This document shows, piece by piece, positions 48,470 through 59,075 of a DNA stretch of 64,000 nucleotides. Source of the DNA: a virus; UHGV virus genome UHGV-1368191; one strand, 5' to 3'. Within the stretch, counting starts at the first letter, position 1; each line of letters begins with the position of its first letter. A model generated the notes under the pieces. That model had not been told where the DNA came from. It saw nothing but the letters and a program-made list of their open reading frames with translations, and ran no database searches. The position numbers were made by a program, and so were the translations under genes.

Positions 48470-51400
48470 TTAATCAGTAAAATAATGAAGTGCTATATTA
48501 TGTATCCAGTTCTGTAGAGCTACATTATCTTCCTTTATTACAGGCCCTGTAAGTTTAATATAACACCAAGGATTTCTTATTCTATCTTTTATTCCTTTAC
48601 CCTTGTTATCTCTTAAATTATTAACCCTCCAAGTCCTGAATTTTTTCTTTAGACTAGAAGGCCTACCATATAGTTGATTTAATGATATATCCCCACTATC
48701 TTGGTACTCATTCCATATCCTTACCTTAGAGAAAGGACAATCATTATTAGCTTTCTTATATACACTCTCAGGATTATCAGGCATAGGTAATTCCATCTCA
48801 TCACCCTTAAATTCAAGGACATCAAATATCTTGTCCAGCATAGGTTCTGGATTAGCTACTAAAGTAATGGAGTACTCATAAGGAGGAAGAGAATAGTCAT
48901 AGTTTCCCAGATACCTACCATAAGATTTATCATCTCCTCCCTCAAGTTCACTGAATTTTATATTACCAGTGATATTATCTGTCCATATAGCTATATTCAA
49001 GTCATCAACTGTAGTTATATAAGGAGTATGCCTATAGTCTACAAAAGAAGTAAATTGCCCTAGTTGCTCTGAGTAAACAAGAGCTTCCGAATCCCTCATA
49101 AACAATACTTCTCCATTAGTTCTATCATAACCAGACAAGAATGAATTCCTGTTATTTGGACTCCATGTATTATCATCTATATTAAGATTAGACCATCCTA
49201 TAAATCCAGTGTTTGATGATATACTGGATATTGAGTCACTCAACTTATAAATACCTTTAGTCGCACTGTCAATGAAATATAGGGTATTCATCCCGTTTAC
49301 TATAGACCATTTATTATTACAGCCTACTATATCAGAAATATATCTCTTGCCATTCACCAGTCCACTATTAGCTATTTCCACTGGAACTCCACTGGTAGTA
49401 CTTATCTGAGTTTGCTCATTATATAATATTACTGAAATACCATGTTCCTGGAATACATATAGATTATTTCCCAACCTATTTATTGAGGTTACCCTTCCTT
49501 TATTACCATCCAAATCCAATGAGGAAATAGTATTTATCTTCATCCAAGTATCTATAGGTTCCCCAATAGTTTTATTAAGTGACCAATAGATAGTAGTTGG
49601 AAAAAGGTTATTCTTTATTAAATCCTCCTCAAGGTACTGTTGTGCAATAAAATCCTGAGATTGATTATATACCTCATTATATAAATCAAAGTTAGTAGGC
49701 CTAGTGGTAGTATTATCCAATTTACCTCTATTTCTATCAGTTCTCGCTTGGATATTATTATAAGTTTCTAGCATAAAAGAACCTACCTCCACTACACTGT
49801 TTTTATCTTCTTCAGTAAAGGGGTAAGTCTTAAGACAATCCCATCTTTGAAAATAAGTATCTCCAGAAAGGTATAAGGCAAATCTAGGGCATCCAGTATC
49901 ACTTATATCTATTTGGGAGCTGGTACTGATTACATTCCATCTTAATGCACTTAATCCATGCTGGTCATAAGCTATTTCATCGGGATTTTCACCTTCTCCT
50001 TTTCTTTGTAACCCATATATATCAGCAGCTTGAAGGTCTTCAAAGACATCAATCACATATAGTAAAGGAAGATTCTTCATATTACTAGGAGCTATTAGAC
50101 TCAGTTCCTTATTATCTATCTCAAAAGAATCTGGATTACTTGAGACATTTATGACTATAGAACCTTGACTAAATTCTCTGCTTCCTTCATAGAATTCTCC
50201 TACAAAGCATGTACCACCAATCAAAATAGGAACTGGAGATATTACCTTACCAGTTATAGTCAGTATCAGGTCACCTTCATTTGTGCTGATAACCTCTCCT
50301 GTTTCCAAGTCATCTAAATAAGTATAACTTGGGGAGGAATCTACTATTTCCACCTGTACATGCCATATATTATAAAGATTTGAAGATTGTCCACCACCAA
50401 TTTCTACCTTCTGCCAAATAAGATACTCTCCCTCAGTTTTGGGTAAATCATCTGACGTTACAATACCAACAGCTAACTCAAAACCCTTTCCCTTAGTATT
50501 ATCTAATGCCTTCTGGATATCATAGGCCATTGTAAGTCCAGTATTAGAGAGACTACGATTGAGCATTATTGTAGTAGGCTGATTATCCATATCATAAGTA
50601 GAATAAGTAAATGAGGGGAGAGTAGTATAAGTATCTACTCCAGGGGAAGTGTCTTTCTTTATAGGCAAACTAGTTACTATATGTGGAATACTTTTAGTCT
50701 TTATAGGCACAGGTTCCACTCCATATACATAGTCTCTTGCTATAGCTGTAGCTCCCTCAAAACCATACACTATTTGGGGACCATTTACATCTTGAAGTAC
50801 TATAGGGTAACCACCATTTTCAACAAAAGCAGTAGACTCAGTATTTGCTGCATTCTCTTCATCTCTCTTAAAGAGATTATACACCATCACAGTATCTATA
50901 TTACCCATGTAAACCCTGGAATCTACACTTATGGCAGTAGCCTCATTACTATTGTATACTCTAAGGTCTAGAGGTTCTATCTTACTTCCATCATTATTCT
51001 CACTTATATCAGATAGATTAAAATACTTTCCATTTTTAAAATAGGAAGTAAAGTAAGAATATTTTAGATTAGCGAATATCTTATGATCCAGTACAGCTGT
51101 TTGAGCTTTCTCAGTATTGTCTATATTCCTGTCATTATTGAGTGAGCCTTGTCTATGCCACATATATGTAATATACCCAGCTTGAAAGTCTCTGTAGGGA
51201 AGAAAAGGGAAATCCTGAAATTTAATACATCCTCCTTTTGTATCACCCCTTATACCATCCTTCCATAGAGGTCTAGACCTGAGCCAATCTTGGTCATAGT
51301 TTATATTATCTCCACTTATAGGTATATTCAATACTCCTGGGGAATCTAGGTCTGCTTGAGCGGAGGAAGTCTGTACTATATAACTAGAATTATATGAGGT

Positions 51401-53332
51401 AAAAGGAACTACTCCAACTATTCTAACTTGAAATTTACCTTCTAATCCAGGAATAGTGTTATCATTAATATCTGGAGAATAAATGTCTATTATATTCTGG
51501 TCTATATAATAGTTAGTAGTATTTAATTCCCATGAGAAAAGATTCTTTAGGCTATCAGATAGACTACTATACTGGTCCATTGGATAAGAAGCTACACACC
51601 CTACAGAGTTCTGTATCTCAGCATTCTCATTAGCCCTTATAACTAATGTATTTTGTAAGGTCATACCTGCTGTAAAAGCAGGAATAAGACTTCTATTATT
51701 AGTATTTACAAGATCAATAGTGTCATATCCATTAGTTTCTCCCATAGGCCTAAAAGACCATGATGATACACCATAGGGTAAGTTAGAAGACCTCTGTCTT
51801 ATATTGTATAAAGTAGGATTTACTATTCCCTGTAACCTCACCCTGTTATGTCCTATAGCAGGTTCTGCCATAACAGCTCTTACAGCTATGTAATTAGACA
51901 AGTCTGGGGGATTTCCCTCCCAAATATCATCAGACTTAAGCTCTATGGTAGCCTGTGGAATAGTGATTGTATTATCATCAAAATTTACATGAGGTCTCCC
52001 TATAGGTTCATAACTATAAGTATTGTGACCCAGGGAATCACTATGTAAACATATAGGTATCACAGGTGTCCAATCAAGAGTTTTTCTTTGAAATTGCAAC
52101 CCAAATAAGTAGCTATTTCCTTCTTTAAAACCCTTAATTGACTGATTGTCTAAATCAAGATTACTCTCATATGGATATATACCATCAGGAGCATAATAAG
52201 GGACTTTCTTATTGAAAGTAGCAATAGGTAATCCAACTTCCTGGAATCTATTTAAAATATTCTTTAACTGGCCTGAATCTTCACCTATCAATTCAACATT
52301 ACCTATAAACAGTCTACCATCCTTTTGCTCAAAAGTACTAGGGGAAATAGGCTCTGAGGTTTTATATAATATCTCTGTAGGATCTATGGTTTCCTGTGCT
52401 GTTCCTGTATCAACTACCTTGTAGTTTCCAGCTCCACTACTTATTGATACCTCTTTTACTAAATAGGCAGCCACATCCCCATTTATAGAAGTTCTTTGTG
52501 TACTGTAAATTCTTAGATTATCAAAATATTTAGATAACTCTTCAGAAACATTTATACTAAGAATAAAACTGTTAGCTACTGTCTTATCAGCTACTTCTCC
52601 CCTGTTTTTAGGAGACATATAGTACAGTGAAGATTCCCATATTATATTAGTCTCAGCACCATACTTTTTATAAGCTGTAATATAATATTGTATAGTACCC
52701 GCTGGAAAAGAGCCTGTCCCATAATCCTTCTGTATAAATACAGATAAGGGTTCTGAGGAGAACATGGCCTTGGAGTCTATATTATTTATACTTGTATAGG
52801 GAGTGTTATATCTTCTTGTGCTTTGCTGTTTAGGTTGAATATTAGGATCAAGTATATTCAGTTTCCTGAATTGGTTCTTTCCATCAACCCAATACACATT
52901 TATAATATCCTCAGTCTCATAGTACATAGTAGCTTCTATAGGATTATCCACACTGAAATTGAAATCTCCAGCAGCTAATATCACTACTTCCTTGGTGTTT
53001 AAGTCAAGTCTATATATTCTATCCTCAACCCCATTTCCAGAGTCCTTAAAGTAAGGACTATCACAAGAGAACACCACTATATATTGGTTAACACTAGCTA
53101 TTCCTATAGGAGTTCCTCCTACTATTTGGTCAGAAGAATATCCATCAGGGATAACCAATGATATATCAAGAGGTTTATCACCTCTTATATTGGTTATTCC
53201 TAATAATGATGAGTCCTTAGACCCAGTAATACGGATATTCCTGTTTTCAAAGGAATATTGGTTATTAAAGACAAAAGGGTCAGAGTCTTTGCTCATCCCC
53301 TTTATAGTCCAAGTAGTTATCTTCTGTTTCAT
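48470..53332 (-). CDS. large tail protein (tail fibre/spike or muzzle-type structural protein)
   Basis: 1620-aa ORF, beta-rich and Asn/Ser/Thr/Gly-rich composition typical of tail fibre/spike proteins. Followed by a terminator. Confidence 0.5.
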   Translation of the reverse strand: MKQKITTWTIKGMSKDSDPFVFNNQYSFENRNIRITGSKDSSLLGITNIRGDKPLDISLVIPDGYSSDQIVGGTPIGIASVNQYIVVFSCDSPYFKDSGNGVEDRIYRLDLNTKEVVILAAGDFNFSVDNPIEATMYYETEDIINVYWVDGKNQFRKLNILDPNIQPKQQSTRRYNTPYTSINNIDSKAMFSSEPLSVFIQKDYGTGSFPAGTIQYYITAYKKYGAETNIIWESSLYYMSPKNRGEVADKTVANSFILSINVSEELSKYFDNLRIYSTQRTSINGDVAAYLVKEVSISSGAGNYKVVDTGTAQETIDPTEILYKTSEPISPSTFEQKDGRLFIGNVELIGEDSGQLKNILNRFQEVGLPIATFNKKVPYYAPDGIYPYESNLDLDNQSIKGFKEGNSYLFGLQFQRKTLDWTPVIPICLHSDSLGHNTYSYEPIGRPHVNFDDNTITIPQATIELKSDDIWEGNPPDLSNYIAVRAVMAEPAIGHNRVRLQGIVNPTLYNIRQRSSNLPYGVSSWSFRPMGETNGYDTIDLVNTNNRSLIPAFTAGMTLQNTLVIRANENAEIQNSVGCVASYPMDQYSSLSDSLKNLFSWELNTTNYYIDQNIIDIYSPDINDNTIPGLEGKFQVRIVGVVPFTSYNSSYIVQTSSAQADLDSPGVLNIPISGDNINYDQDWLRSRPLWKDGIRGDTKGGCIKFQDFPFLPYRDFQAGYITYMWHRQGSLNNDRNIDNTEKAQTAVLDHKIFANLKYSYFTSYFKNGKYFNLSDISENNDGSKIEPLDLRVYNSNEATAISVDSRVYMGNIDTVMVYNLFKRDEENAANTESTAFVENGGYPIVLQDVNGPQIVYGFEGATAIARDYVYGVEPVPIKTKSIPHIVTSLPIKKDTSPGVDTYTTLPSFTYSTYDMDNQPTTIMLNRSLSNTGLTMAYDIQKALDNTKGKGFELAVGIVTSDDLPKTEGEYLIWQKVEIGGGQSSNLYNIWHVQVEIVDSSPSYTYLDDLETGEVISTNEGDLILTITGKVISPVPILIGGTCFVGEFYEGSREFSQGSIVINVSSNPDSFEIDNKELSLIAPSNMKNLPLLYVIDVFEDLQAADIYGLQRKGEGENPDEIAYDQHGLSALRWNVISTSSQIDISDTGCPRFALYLSGDTYFQRWDCLKTYPFTEEDKNSVVEVGSFMLETYNNIQARTDRNRGKLDNTTTRPTNFDLYNEVYNQSQDFIAQQYLEEDLIKNNLFPTTIYWSLNKTIGEPIDTWMKINTISSLDLDGNKGRVTSINRLGNNLYVFQEHGISVILYNEQTQISTTSGVPVEIANSGLVNGKRYISDIVGCNNKWSIVNGMNTLYFIDSATKGIYKLSDSISSISSNTGFIGWSNLNIDDNTWSPNNRNSFLSGYDRTNGEVLFMRDSEALVYSEQLGQFTSFVDYRHTPYITTVDDLNIAIWTDNITGNIKFSELEGGDDKSYGRYLGNYDYSLPPYEYSITLVANPEPMLDKIFDVLEFKGDEMELPMPDNPESVYKKANNDCPFSKVRIWNEYQDSGDISLNQLYGRPSSLKKKFRTWRVNNLRDNKGKGIKDRIRNPWCYIKLTGPVIKEDNVALQNWIHNIALHYFTD

Positions 53333-53333
53333 A

Positions 53334-54020
53334 TTAATGCAACTTTATGTATTCCCTACTTCCCATGTTTCTGAATCCTCTATCAAAATGGGTATTCTTG
53401 GGAATTAGATTATTATACATTCTAGTGAATGCTTCCATCTCTGAAACACTGGGAATAATAAACTCATTATTACATTGTCCAGCCTTAAATGTATACTCTT
53501 GCTGAGTATTCTGTAGTACAGCTGGAGTTATCTTTCCCATATCAAAAAGAATAGTAAACCATTCCTTTTTTATATATAATTCCAAGGTCTTTAGAAATAT
53601 AGGATTATCAGGAAGAAGAGGTAATCCATCCTTGTCAACTGGAATAGCTTTATAGCTTATTTCCACTCTTCCTTTTTTAAAGGAAGTGTAGATTACCCTT
53701 CCCTGCACTTTAAAGGTTAATTCACCTCTATAGTCCTCATAAGTACCATTGAAATTATCAGTCATCTGTCTCATGCATACACCACTATTGCAGTCTCTCA
53801 CCTGGTTTATTGACACCAAGTCACATGGCAACAATCCCCTGTAGTCATCTATATCAACTACCTCATATTTATCTTCATAAGTCTGTGGTATTCCCATGCA
53901 AGCTATAAAGTCTAAAGTGTACTGAATAGCAGCTTCAAGATTTAAATCCTGAAGTAGAGGATGTCGAAGTACTCTTGATAGTACTTCCCTAAGATTTATA
54001 TAATTAAACTCTGAAACCAT
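53334..54020 (-). CDS. hypothetical structural-module protein
   Basis: 228-aa ORF abutting the start of the 1620-aa gene. Confidence 0.4.
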   Translation of the reverse strand: MVSEFNYINLREVLSRVLRHPLLQDLNLEAAIQYTLDFIACMGIPQTYEDKYEVVDIDDYRGLLPCDLVSINQVRDCNSGVCMRQMTDNFNGTYEDYRGELTFKVQGRVIYTSFKKGRVEISYKAIPVDKDGLPLLPDNPIFLKTLELYIKKEWFTILFDMGKITPAVLQNTQQEYTFKAGQCNNEFIIPSVSEMEAFTRMYNNLIPKNTHFDRGFRNMGSREYIKLH

Positions 54021-54097
54021 AATTATTTGCCATAATAAAATTTCTTTCCACTATTATTCCACCATCTCTGTATATCAGGAGTGTTACTCTCTCATTG

Positions 54098-54664
54098 TCA
54101 AGTCATCCCACATAAGTTCTTCCTCCTTCCAGATTGAAGAGCATCAACAAGACCTAATTTTATATTTCTCTTAAGCTTTGCCTTTAACTCCTTGTTGAAC
54201 ACAAATTCATAATACGATTTATTAGGATAATTAGCTTTTACTTTATCATAGTGTATCTTGTAAATCTCCTTCTCCTCAAGTCTTATAAGTCTTCTATCCT
54301 CATAAGCTTTCTTATCCTCATACCATAATCTCAAGGTATTTTCCCAGTCTACAGGAAGATTAGACCTCACTTTCCCAGAGTCATCTATCCACACATTGCC
54401 TTGATTTTTTCTTAGTTCTACTATACCCATTCTACAGGGTAGTTTTACATCATGGCCTAAAACTATCTCATTAGCTAAATGATTATTTATCCTCCTTATT
54501 ATAGAGAAATATTGAGACTCACTGAGGATATATTTCTTCTCTTTAGGTTTCTTTTTTCTATATGATTTATAGGCATCATATACACCTAGAGAGCCTCTTA
54601 TTTTATGTATTCTGTGTTCAGAAATCTTTCTTATTCTCTTCTTGAATTCTATAAAACTATCCAT
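54098..54664 (-). CDS. hypothetical basic protein
   Basis: 188-aa Lys/Arg-rich ORF. Confidence 0.4.
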   Translation of the reverse strand: MDSFIEFKKRIRKISEHRIHKIRGSLGVYDAYKSYRKKKPKEKKYILSESQYFSIIRRINNHLANEIVLGHDVKLPCRMGIVELRKNQGNVWIDDSGKVRSNLPVDWENTLRLWYEDKKAYEDRRLIRLEEKEIYKIHYDKVKANYPNKSYYEFVFNKELKAKLKRNIKLGLVDALQSGRRKNLCGMT

Positions 54665-55391
54665 TTCCTCCCTCTATTTGTTTCTGTACATCAGATTTCA
54701 TGTTCCTTCTTATATACCCCATCATATCTGACAAGTCATCATCAGCATTATTTTGTGGGTCCTCTGGAGCATACTCAGGACCTCTAAGTTCTTGTACAAT
54801 TAATTGAATCAACTGATTGACAAAATTATCTTCAATAGGAAACTCAGAGTCAAGGATATCACAAGTCTTATCTCCTTCACAAGCTAGTTTAATAGCTTCT
54901 TCAGGGTCTTCAAAGATAGCTGAGAATTTCATCTTTTTCATGTATAAGAACTGAGGATTTGAAGACTTGAAATATAAATAACTATCAGGTCCTAAAGAAC
55001 AATAGATGATATTACCCATCCACTTATTATGTCCAACATACCTCATTCTATCTCTTGTAATCAACGCTATATCCCCCTGATAAAAATCTATTGGATAAAC
55101 TCTTGGGGAACCTATAGTCATGAATACTGGAATTTTCTCCTTACTTCTTAGGTATGAGCCTCCTTCACAAGGTTCTCCAGCTATTGCTGGAACCTCTATT
55201 AAATCTAAACAAAGTGTCTGGTAATTCCCTTCTGAGACATACTTCCTTAGGCTACTTGAATACTCTCTTTTAAGTATCATTGCCCTAAACTTATTTGCCA
55301 GGAAGATAATGTGATCCTCAGTATAATAGGAATCATCACTGGACATCTTCAGTTCATCAAGAATCATGAATACTAACTGTCTATATGTCAT
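54657..55391 (-). CDS. hypothetical structural-module protein
   Basis: 244-aa ORF. Its stop overlaps the downstream gene's start. Confidence 0.4.
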   Translation of the reverse strand: MTYRQLVFMILDELKMSSDDSYYTEDHIIFLANKFRAMILKREYSSSLRKYVSEGNYQTLCLDLIEVPAIAGEPCEGGSYLRSKEKIPVFMTIGSPRVYPIDFYQGDIALITRDRMRYVGHNKWMGNIIYCSLGPDSYLYFKSSNPQFLYMKKMKFSAIFEDPEEAIKLACEGDKTCDILDSEFPIEDNFVNQLIQLIVQELRGPEYAPEDPQNNADDDLSDMMGYIRRNMKSDVQKQIEGGNG

Positions 55392-55415
55392 AATAAATTA
55401 ACTTTTAATCAATAA

Positions 55416-55466
55416 AACAAGACCTTGTGCAAAGATAGAGAATATCTATCATTTACACAAGGTCAT
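55416..55466 (-). terminator. possible terminator (long hairpin, weak T-tract)
   Basis: 9-bp stem gaccttgtg/cacaaggtc enclosing an inner hairpin gataga/tctatc. Minus strand continues cttgttttatt. Confidence 0.3.
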
Positions 55467-55476
55467 AAGAATTTTA

Positions 55477-55827
55477 TTATAGACTAGCTAACCTTATTAC
55501 TCCTTCTTCATCCTGCCTTATTATAGTGTTTTCAGTAATTCTTGGAATTGTATTCAATGATTGATTAAATACAGTGTTACACTTATATTCAGGATAGGGG
55601 ATTAAACAAGATGTACCAAATAGCTTATATAGTACACTGGTCAAGGTCTTATAGTCATCATCTGTAACAAAAGAACTCAAATTTCCATTGAGGAGTTCCT
55701 CAATAAACAACAGAATTACCAGTTTAGCTACTTCCTTGTAACTTTTATACCCAAATATGGATAAAGCATGGAAATAATTCTGCAAACCAGTGAACCCTAA
55801 TTCAGTTAATTTATCCATGGCATCCAC
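55477..55827 (-). CDS. hypothetical protein
   Basis: 116-aa ORF. Confidence 0.4.
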   Translation of the reverse strand: MDAMDKLTELGFTGLQNYFHALSIFGYKSYKEVAKLVILLFIEELLNGNLSSFVTDDDYKTLTSVLYKLFGTSCLIPYPEYKCNTVFNQSLNTIPRITENTIIRQDEEGVIRLASL

Positions 55828-56461
55828 AAGAAGTTATAGTAGTTTTACATGGGTTATTGAGGTTCTTGAAATAGTTATTCCATATATTGATAGCTTCAGC
55901 ATAATGGCAAGTCTTAAGGCTTAATTCAAGAGCTTTAAACCTAAGATATCTGTCAAGGAAATTCTTTGGAATATCACATACCCTTAAGACTTCCTTCATT
56001 GTGCACATCATGGATCTATAATATGGATATAGATTAGCCACCACACCCATAGTGAACTGATTATCCATACCACAAGGAGTATCAGGAGAGGGAATCCCCT
56101 TCACTGTGACATAGACAAAAAACAGTGTCTCCTCAAGTGGTACACCTAAAGTGGTTCTGTTAAGTTCTAACCTAATGGTCTTTTTACCTCCAGGGTCATT
56201 GTCATCTGATTCAGGATTTATCATCGGGTTAAACTTATCCTTATATTGTGAACAGATGGTCTCAGTGGTCACTGGGGTGTCAGCTCCCTCAACAGTATAG
56301 CTAAACACAGGGTTTCCACTAGGACCATTAGACATATATGTATCCTGTGTATCCACTATAACTGAATCTATATAGACATTGTCATAATATGGTAAAGTGG
56401 ACACTGAGGCATCTATTATAAGGTACTTGTCAGTAACCCTCAACTCATTGAATTTTATCAT
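55811..56461 (-). CDS. hypothetical structural-module protein
   Basis: 216-aa ORF. Confidence 0.4.
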   Translation of the reverse strand: MIKFNELRVTDKYLIIDASVSTLPYYDNVYIDSVIVDTQDTYMSNGPSGNPVFSYTVEGADTPVTTETICSQYKDKFNPMINPESDDNDPGGKKTIRLELNRTTLGVPLEETLFFVYVTVKGIPSPDTPCGMDNQFTMGVVANLYPYYRSMMCTMKEVLRVCDIPKNFLDRYLRFKALELSLKTCHYAEAINIWNNYFKNLNNPCKTTITSCGCHG

Positions 56462-56480
56462 ATGCTTCAGTTTTAAGTAA

Positions 56481-56508
56481 ATAAAAAAGGGGAGCTAGTG
56501 CTCCCCTT
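56481..56508 (-). terminator. rho-independent terminator (minus strand)
   Basis: Stem aaggggagc/gctcccctt, loop tagt, followed on the minus strand by T6. Confidence 0.6.
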
Positions 56509-56522
56509 AATATTCTAACTCT

Positions 56523-57563
56523 TTAAAGAGTATCTATCTGCAACTCATCAGGAAGCAACGCATTAACCTTAGCTATAAGGGCATTCATGTCAGTGTGACT
56601 TCCATCATTCTCACATACTATAGTGATATCCTTTTCAGACTTCTGTACACTCTCATTACTACCAGTGGAAGCATAGTGGATATCCAAGGTATCATACTCC
56701 TTATCAGGGTCAACCAGATAAGTGGTCTTTATGATATTAGGATAACCCATCATTCTATACACATCACCTCTAGCACCCATGCAGAAGTATTCAAGGTCAG
56801 CTATATTCTTTCCATTGATTACAGCATCTCCAAACTCTACTTCAGAATCATAGTCATCAGTACCTACTGGAGTAGCACCACTAGGAGTAGCTTGACCCCA
56901 AATAAATTCATCACCATCTACAGTAATAGACTTGAATTGTACATCAAAGGGAATAAATCCTTGAGGCATCATTCCTCTTTCCCAAGCTTGCTCTACCTCT
57001 TCTACTATAATGCCAGTGTAAGTACCAGTAAGAGCACTTTCCTTAGTTTCCTCAGTAAGCTCTGTGGGAGTGCCAGAAGCATCAAGATATACAGTAATCA
57101 GCTTATTCCACTTATCAGCTTTTACATTCTTAAAGAGAGATACAGCCAATGCCTTATAGAGGTCAGAAGCTGTCATGCCATTTGTTGCTGTAGCAGAAGC
57201 ATATTTCTGATATTGGTCTTCCTCACTAAAGCCAATATATTGCCTAAAAGCAACCCTGATTATGTACTCTTGCCCAGCCACTGGGGTATCACTTACAGTG
57301 TTATCCAGGGTGATAAGCACTCTCTTGAGCTTGTGAGCCATCTCATCAGAGGCAGTAGCTTTAATACTCATTACCTTATTTACCTTAATAAGGTCACTTC
57401 TTACTATACCTCCAGGAGACATATACTGGAAGTACATATGTGTCTTGGCTGTGTCTCCCTTGGGGAGAATGGTACCAGCAGCATCAGAAGCTAAAAGATT
57501 AGTACCACTTCCAAGTTTCTTGGCAAAGTAAAAATGCCTAACTTGATTAATAGTTTGTCCCAT
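56523..57563 (-). CDS. abundant virion protein candidate (capsid auxiliary/decoration-like)
   Basis: 346-aa ORF directly upstream of a strong terminator. Confidence 0.4.
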   Translation of the reverse strand: MGQTINQVRHFYFAKKLGSGTNLLASDAAGTILPKGDTAKTHMYFQYMSPGGIVRSDLIKVNKVMSIKATASDEMAHKLKRVLITLDNTVSDTPVAGQEYIIRVAFRQYIGFSEEDQYQKYASATATNGMTASDLYKALAVSLFKNVKADKWNKLITVYLDASGTPTELTEETKESALTGTYTGIIVEEVEQAWERGMMPQGFIPFDVQFKSITVDGDEFIWGQATPSGATPVGTDDYDSEVEFGDAVINGKNIADLEYFCMGARGDVYRMMGYPNIIKTTYLVDPDKEYDTLDIHYASTGSNESVQKSEKDITIVCENDGSHTDMNALIAKVNALLPDELQIDTL

Positions 57564-57588
57564 AATTAATATTAATTATAAAGTTATT

Positions 57589-58290
57589 TTATGATCTGTT
57601 TATTTGAGCTTTACTTACTAAAGCAAGTCTTACAGCTCTTTCCAGTATTAATCTGTGCATAGCTGGATTAAGTTCACATCCACTTATGGAGGTCTCATTA
57701 TTTATTGATAGATTATCAGGGAGTTCTTCCAGTATTATAGGTTTTGGCTTTGATAAATATCTTACCTTATAACCTTCTATAGAATAAGGGGTGATTATCT
57801 CCACTATATTACCCTCAATATCAAGCCTCAAAGCTCTTCTTACAGAGGGTCCCCTAAATGGATTTTCCATAATTCTGTAGTACTCATCCTGTGTTATTGG
57901 TGTTACGAGTATCTCCTTTCCATTATTACATCCAGAGTCTTCTCCATTGAGTTTAACTGACTCATAGGTAATAAACCATACATCATCTGGAAGTTTATAG
58001 AAAATAGAGTTACTTGATAAGCCAATATCTTCCTTAAGTTTATCAACAATAATCTTAGTGAATACTAGAGGAGCCAAATATCTTCTTACCTCTTCAGTAT
58101 TCTCAAATCCTTCTCCATAAGGGTTCTTCCCACTATATATTTCCTTGACAATCTCCTCTTGAGCTTTAGTAAGGAATACTGACTTCTCATATTCATCAAA
58201 ACTCCTTATATCAGTGTTTCCAAATCCCTGTTTTAAGAGATGGGTTTGAAGAAGAGAGTCAAATTCATTTGAAAACTCCTCGGGTGTCAT
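57589..58290 (-). CDS. structural-module protein, tandem paralog (copy B)
   Basis: N-terminus 'MTPEEFSNEFDSL...EYEKSVFLTKAQEEIVKEIY' is nearly identical in pattern to the upstream neighbour's 'MTTQEFSNEFDIL...EYEKSVFLTKAQDEIVKAYF'. Confidence 0.45.
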   Translation of the reverse strand: MTPEEFSNEFDSLLQTHLLKQGFGNTDIRSFDEYEKSVFLTKAQEEIVKEIYSGKNPYGEGFENTEEVRRYLAPLVFTKIIVDKLKEDIGLSSNSIFYKLPDDVWFITYESVKLNGEDSGCNNGKEILVTPITQDEYYRIMENPFRGPSVRRALRLDIEGNIVEIITPYSIEGYKVRYLSKPKPIILEELPDNLSINNETSISGCELNPAMHRLILERAVRLALVSKAQINRS

Positions 58291-58292
58291 AA

Positions 58293-59069
58293 TTATCTAC
58301 TTTGTGCTACAATACCCTTTTCAGTTTCACTTTGGACTCCCAAAGCTAATTGAGAAGATAAATCCCCTGTATAAGCTGCCTTTGCCAGCTCAACTGCTCT
58401 CTGTAAAATCTCATGGTGTATTTCAGGGTCAAGCAAACAAGTCTGCTCTTCTGTTTTACCACCAATAGAAAGTCCTGATTCCTCTAAATCCTCAAGGATT
58501 ATAGGAGAAGGCCTCTTTATGTATCTTATTTTATAGGATTCATTCTCAGAGTTTACAGTATCATTAGGGCCTATAATGATTTCAGCTTTAGTATTGTCAG
58601 TTCCTATTAAATCAGTAGAAGTCCCTATTACCCTCCAAGCTTGCCACTTTATGGGATACTTATAGGGTTTTGACATTACCCTTGAGAGGTCAAGATAGCT
58701 GATAGGAACTATGGTAAGAACTATATTCTTACTAGACCTTGTAACTATAATAGTCTCATTGAGTACCATTAGGGCATCACCTACAAATGGAACAAGGAAA
58801 GTTTTATATCCCAAAGCTCCCTCAGCACCCTGCTCTACTTTAAAACTATCATAAGCTGTAAGCATCGAAAAATCTATTTGTCTCTTAGCACTATCATCAT
58901 ATCCTTCTTGAAATTTATTCCCTTTAGGATTAAAATATGCTTTGACTATTTCATCTTGTGCCTTAGTAAGAAACACTGATTTCTCATACTCATTAAGACC
59001 AGGAGCAGCATTACTCATTATATTATTATAGAGAATATCAAACTCATTACTAAACTCCTGTGTAGTCAT
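58293..59069 (-). CDS. structural-module protein, tandem paralog (copy A)
   Basis: Same N-terminal pattern as copy B, and also the C-terminal pattern 'RYLSKPKPIILEEL' / 'RYIKRPSPIILEDL'. Confidence 0.45.
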   Translation of the reverse strand: MTTQEFSNEFDILYNNIMSNAAPGLNEYEKSVFLTKAQDEIVKAYFNPKGNKFQEGYDDSAKRQIDFSMLTAYDSFKVEQGAEGALGYKTFLVPFVGDALMVLNETIIVTRSSKNIVLTIVPISYLDLSRVMSKPYKYPIKWQAWRVIGTSTDLIGTDNTKAEIIIGPNDTVNSENESYKIRYIKRPSPIILEDLEESGLSIGGKTEEQTCLLDPEIHHEILQRAVELAKAAYTGDLSSQLALGVQSETEKGIVAQSR

Positions 59070-59075
59070 ACTATT

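Noticed and set aside
56595-57494. 299-aa plus-strand ORF inside the 346-aa minus-strand gene
   Set aside because: Antisense shadow ORF with a poly-Ser/Ile/Leu composition typical of AT-rich antisense frames.
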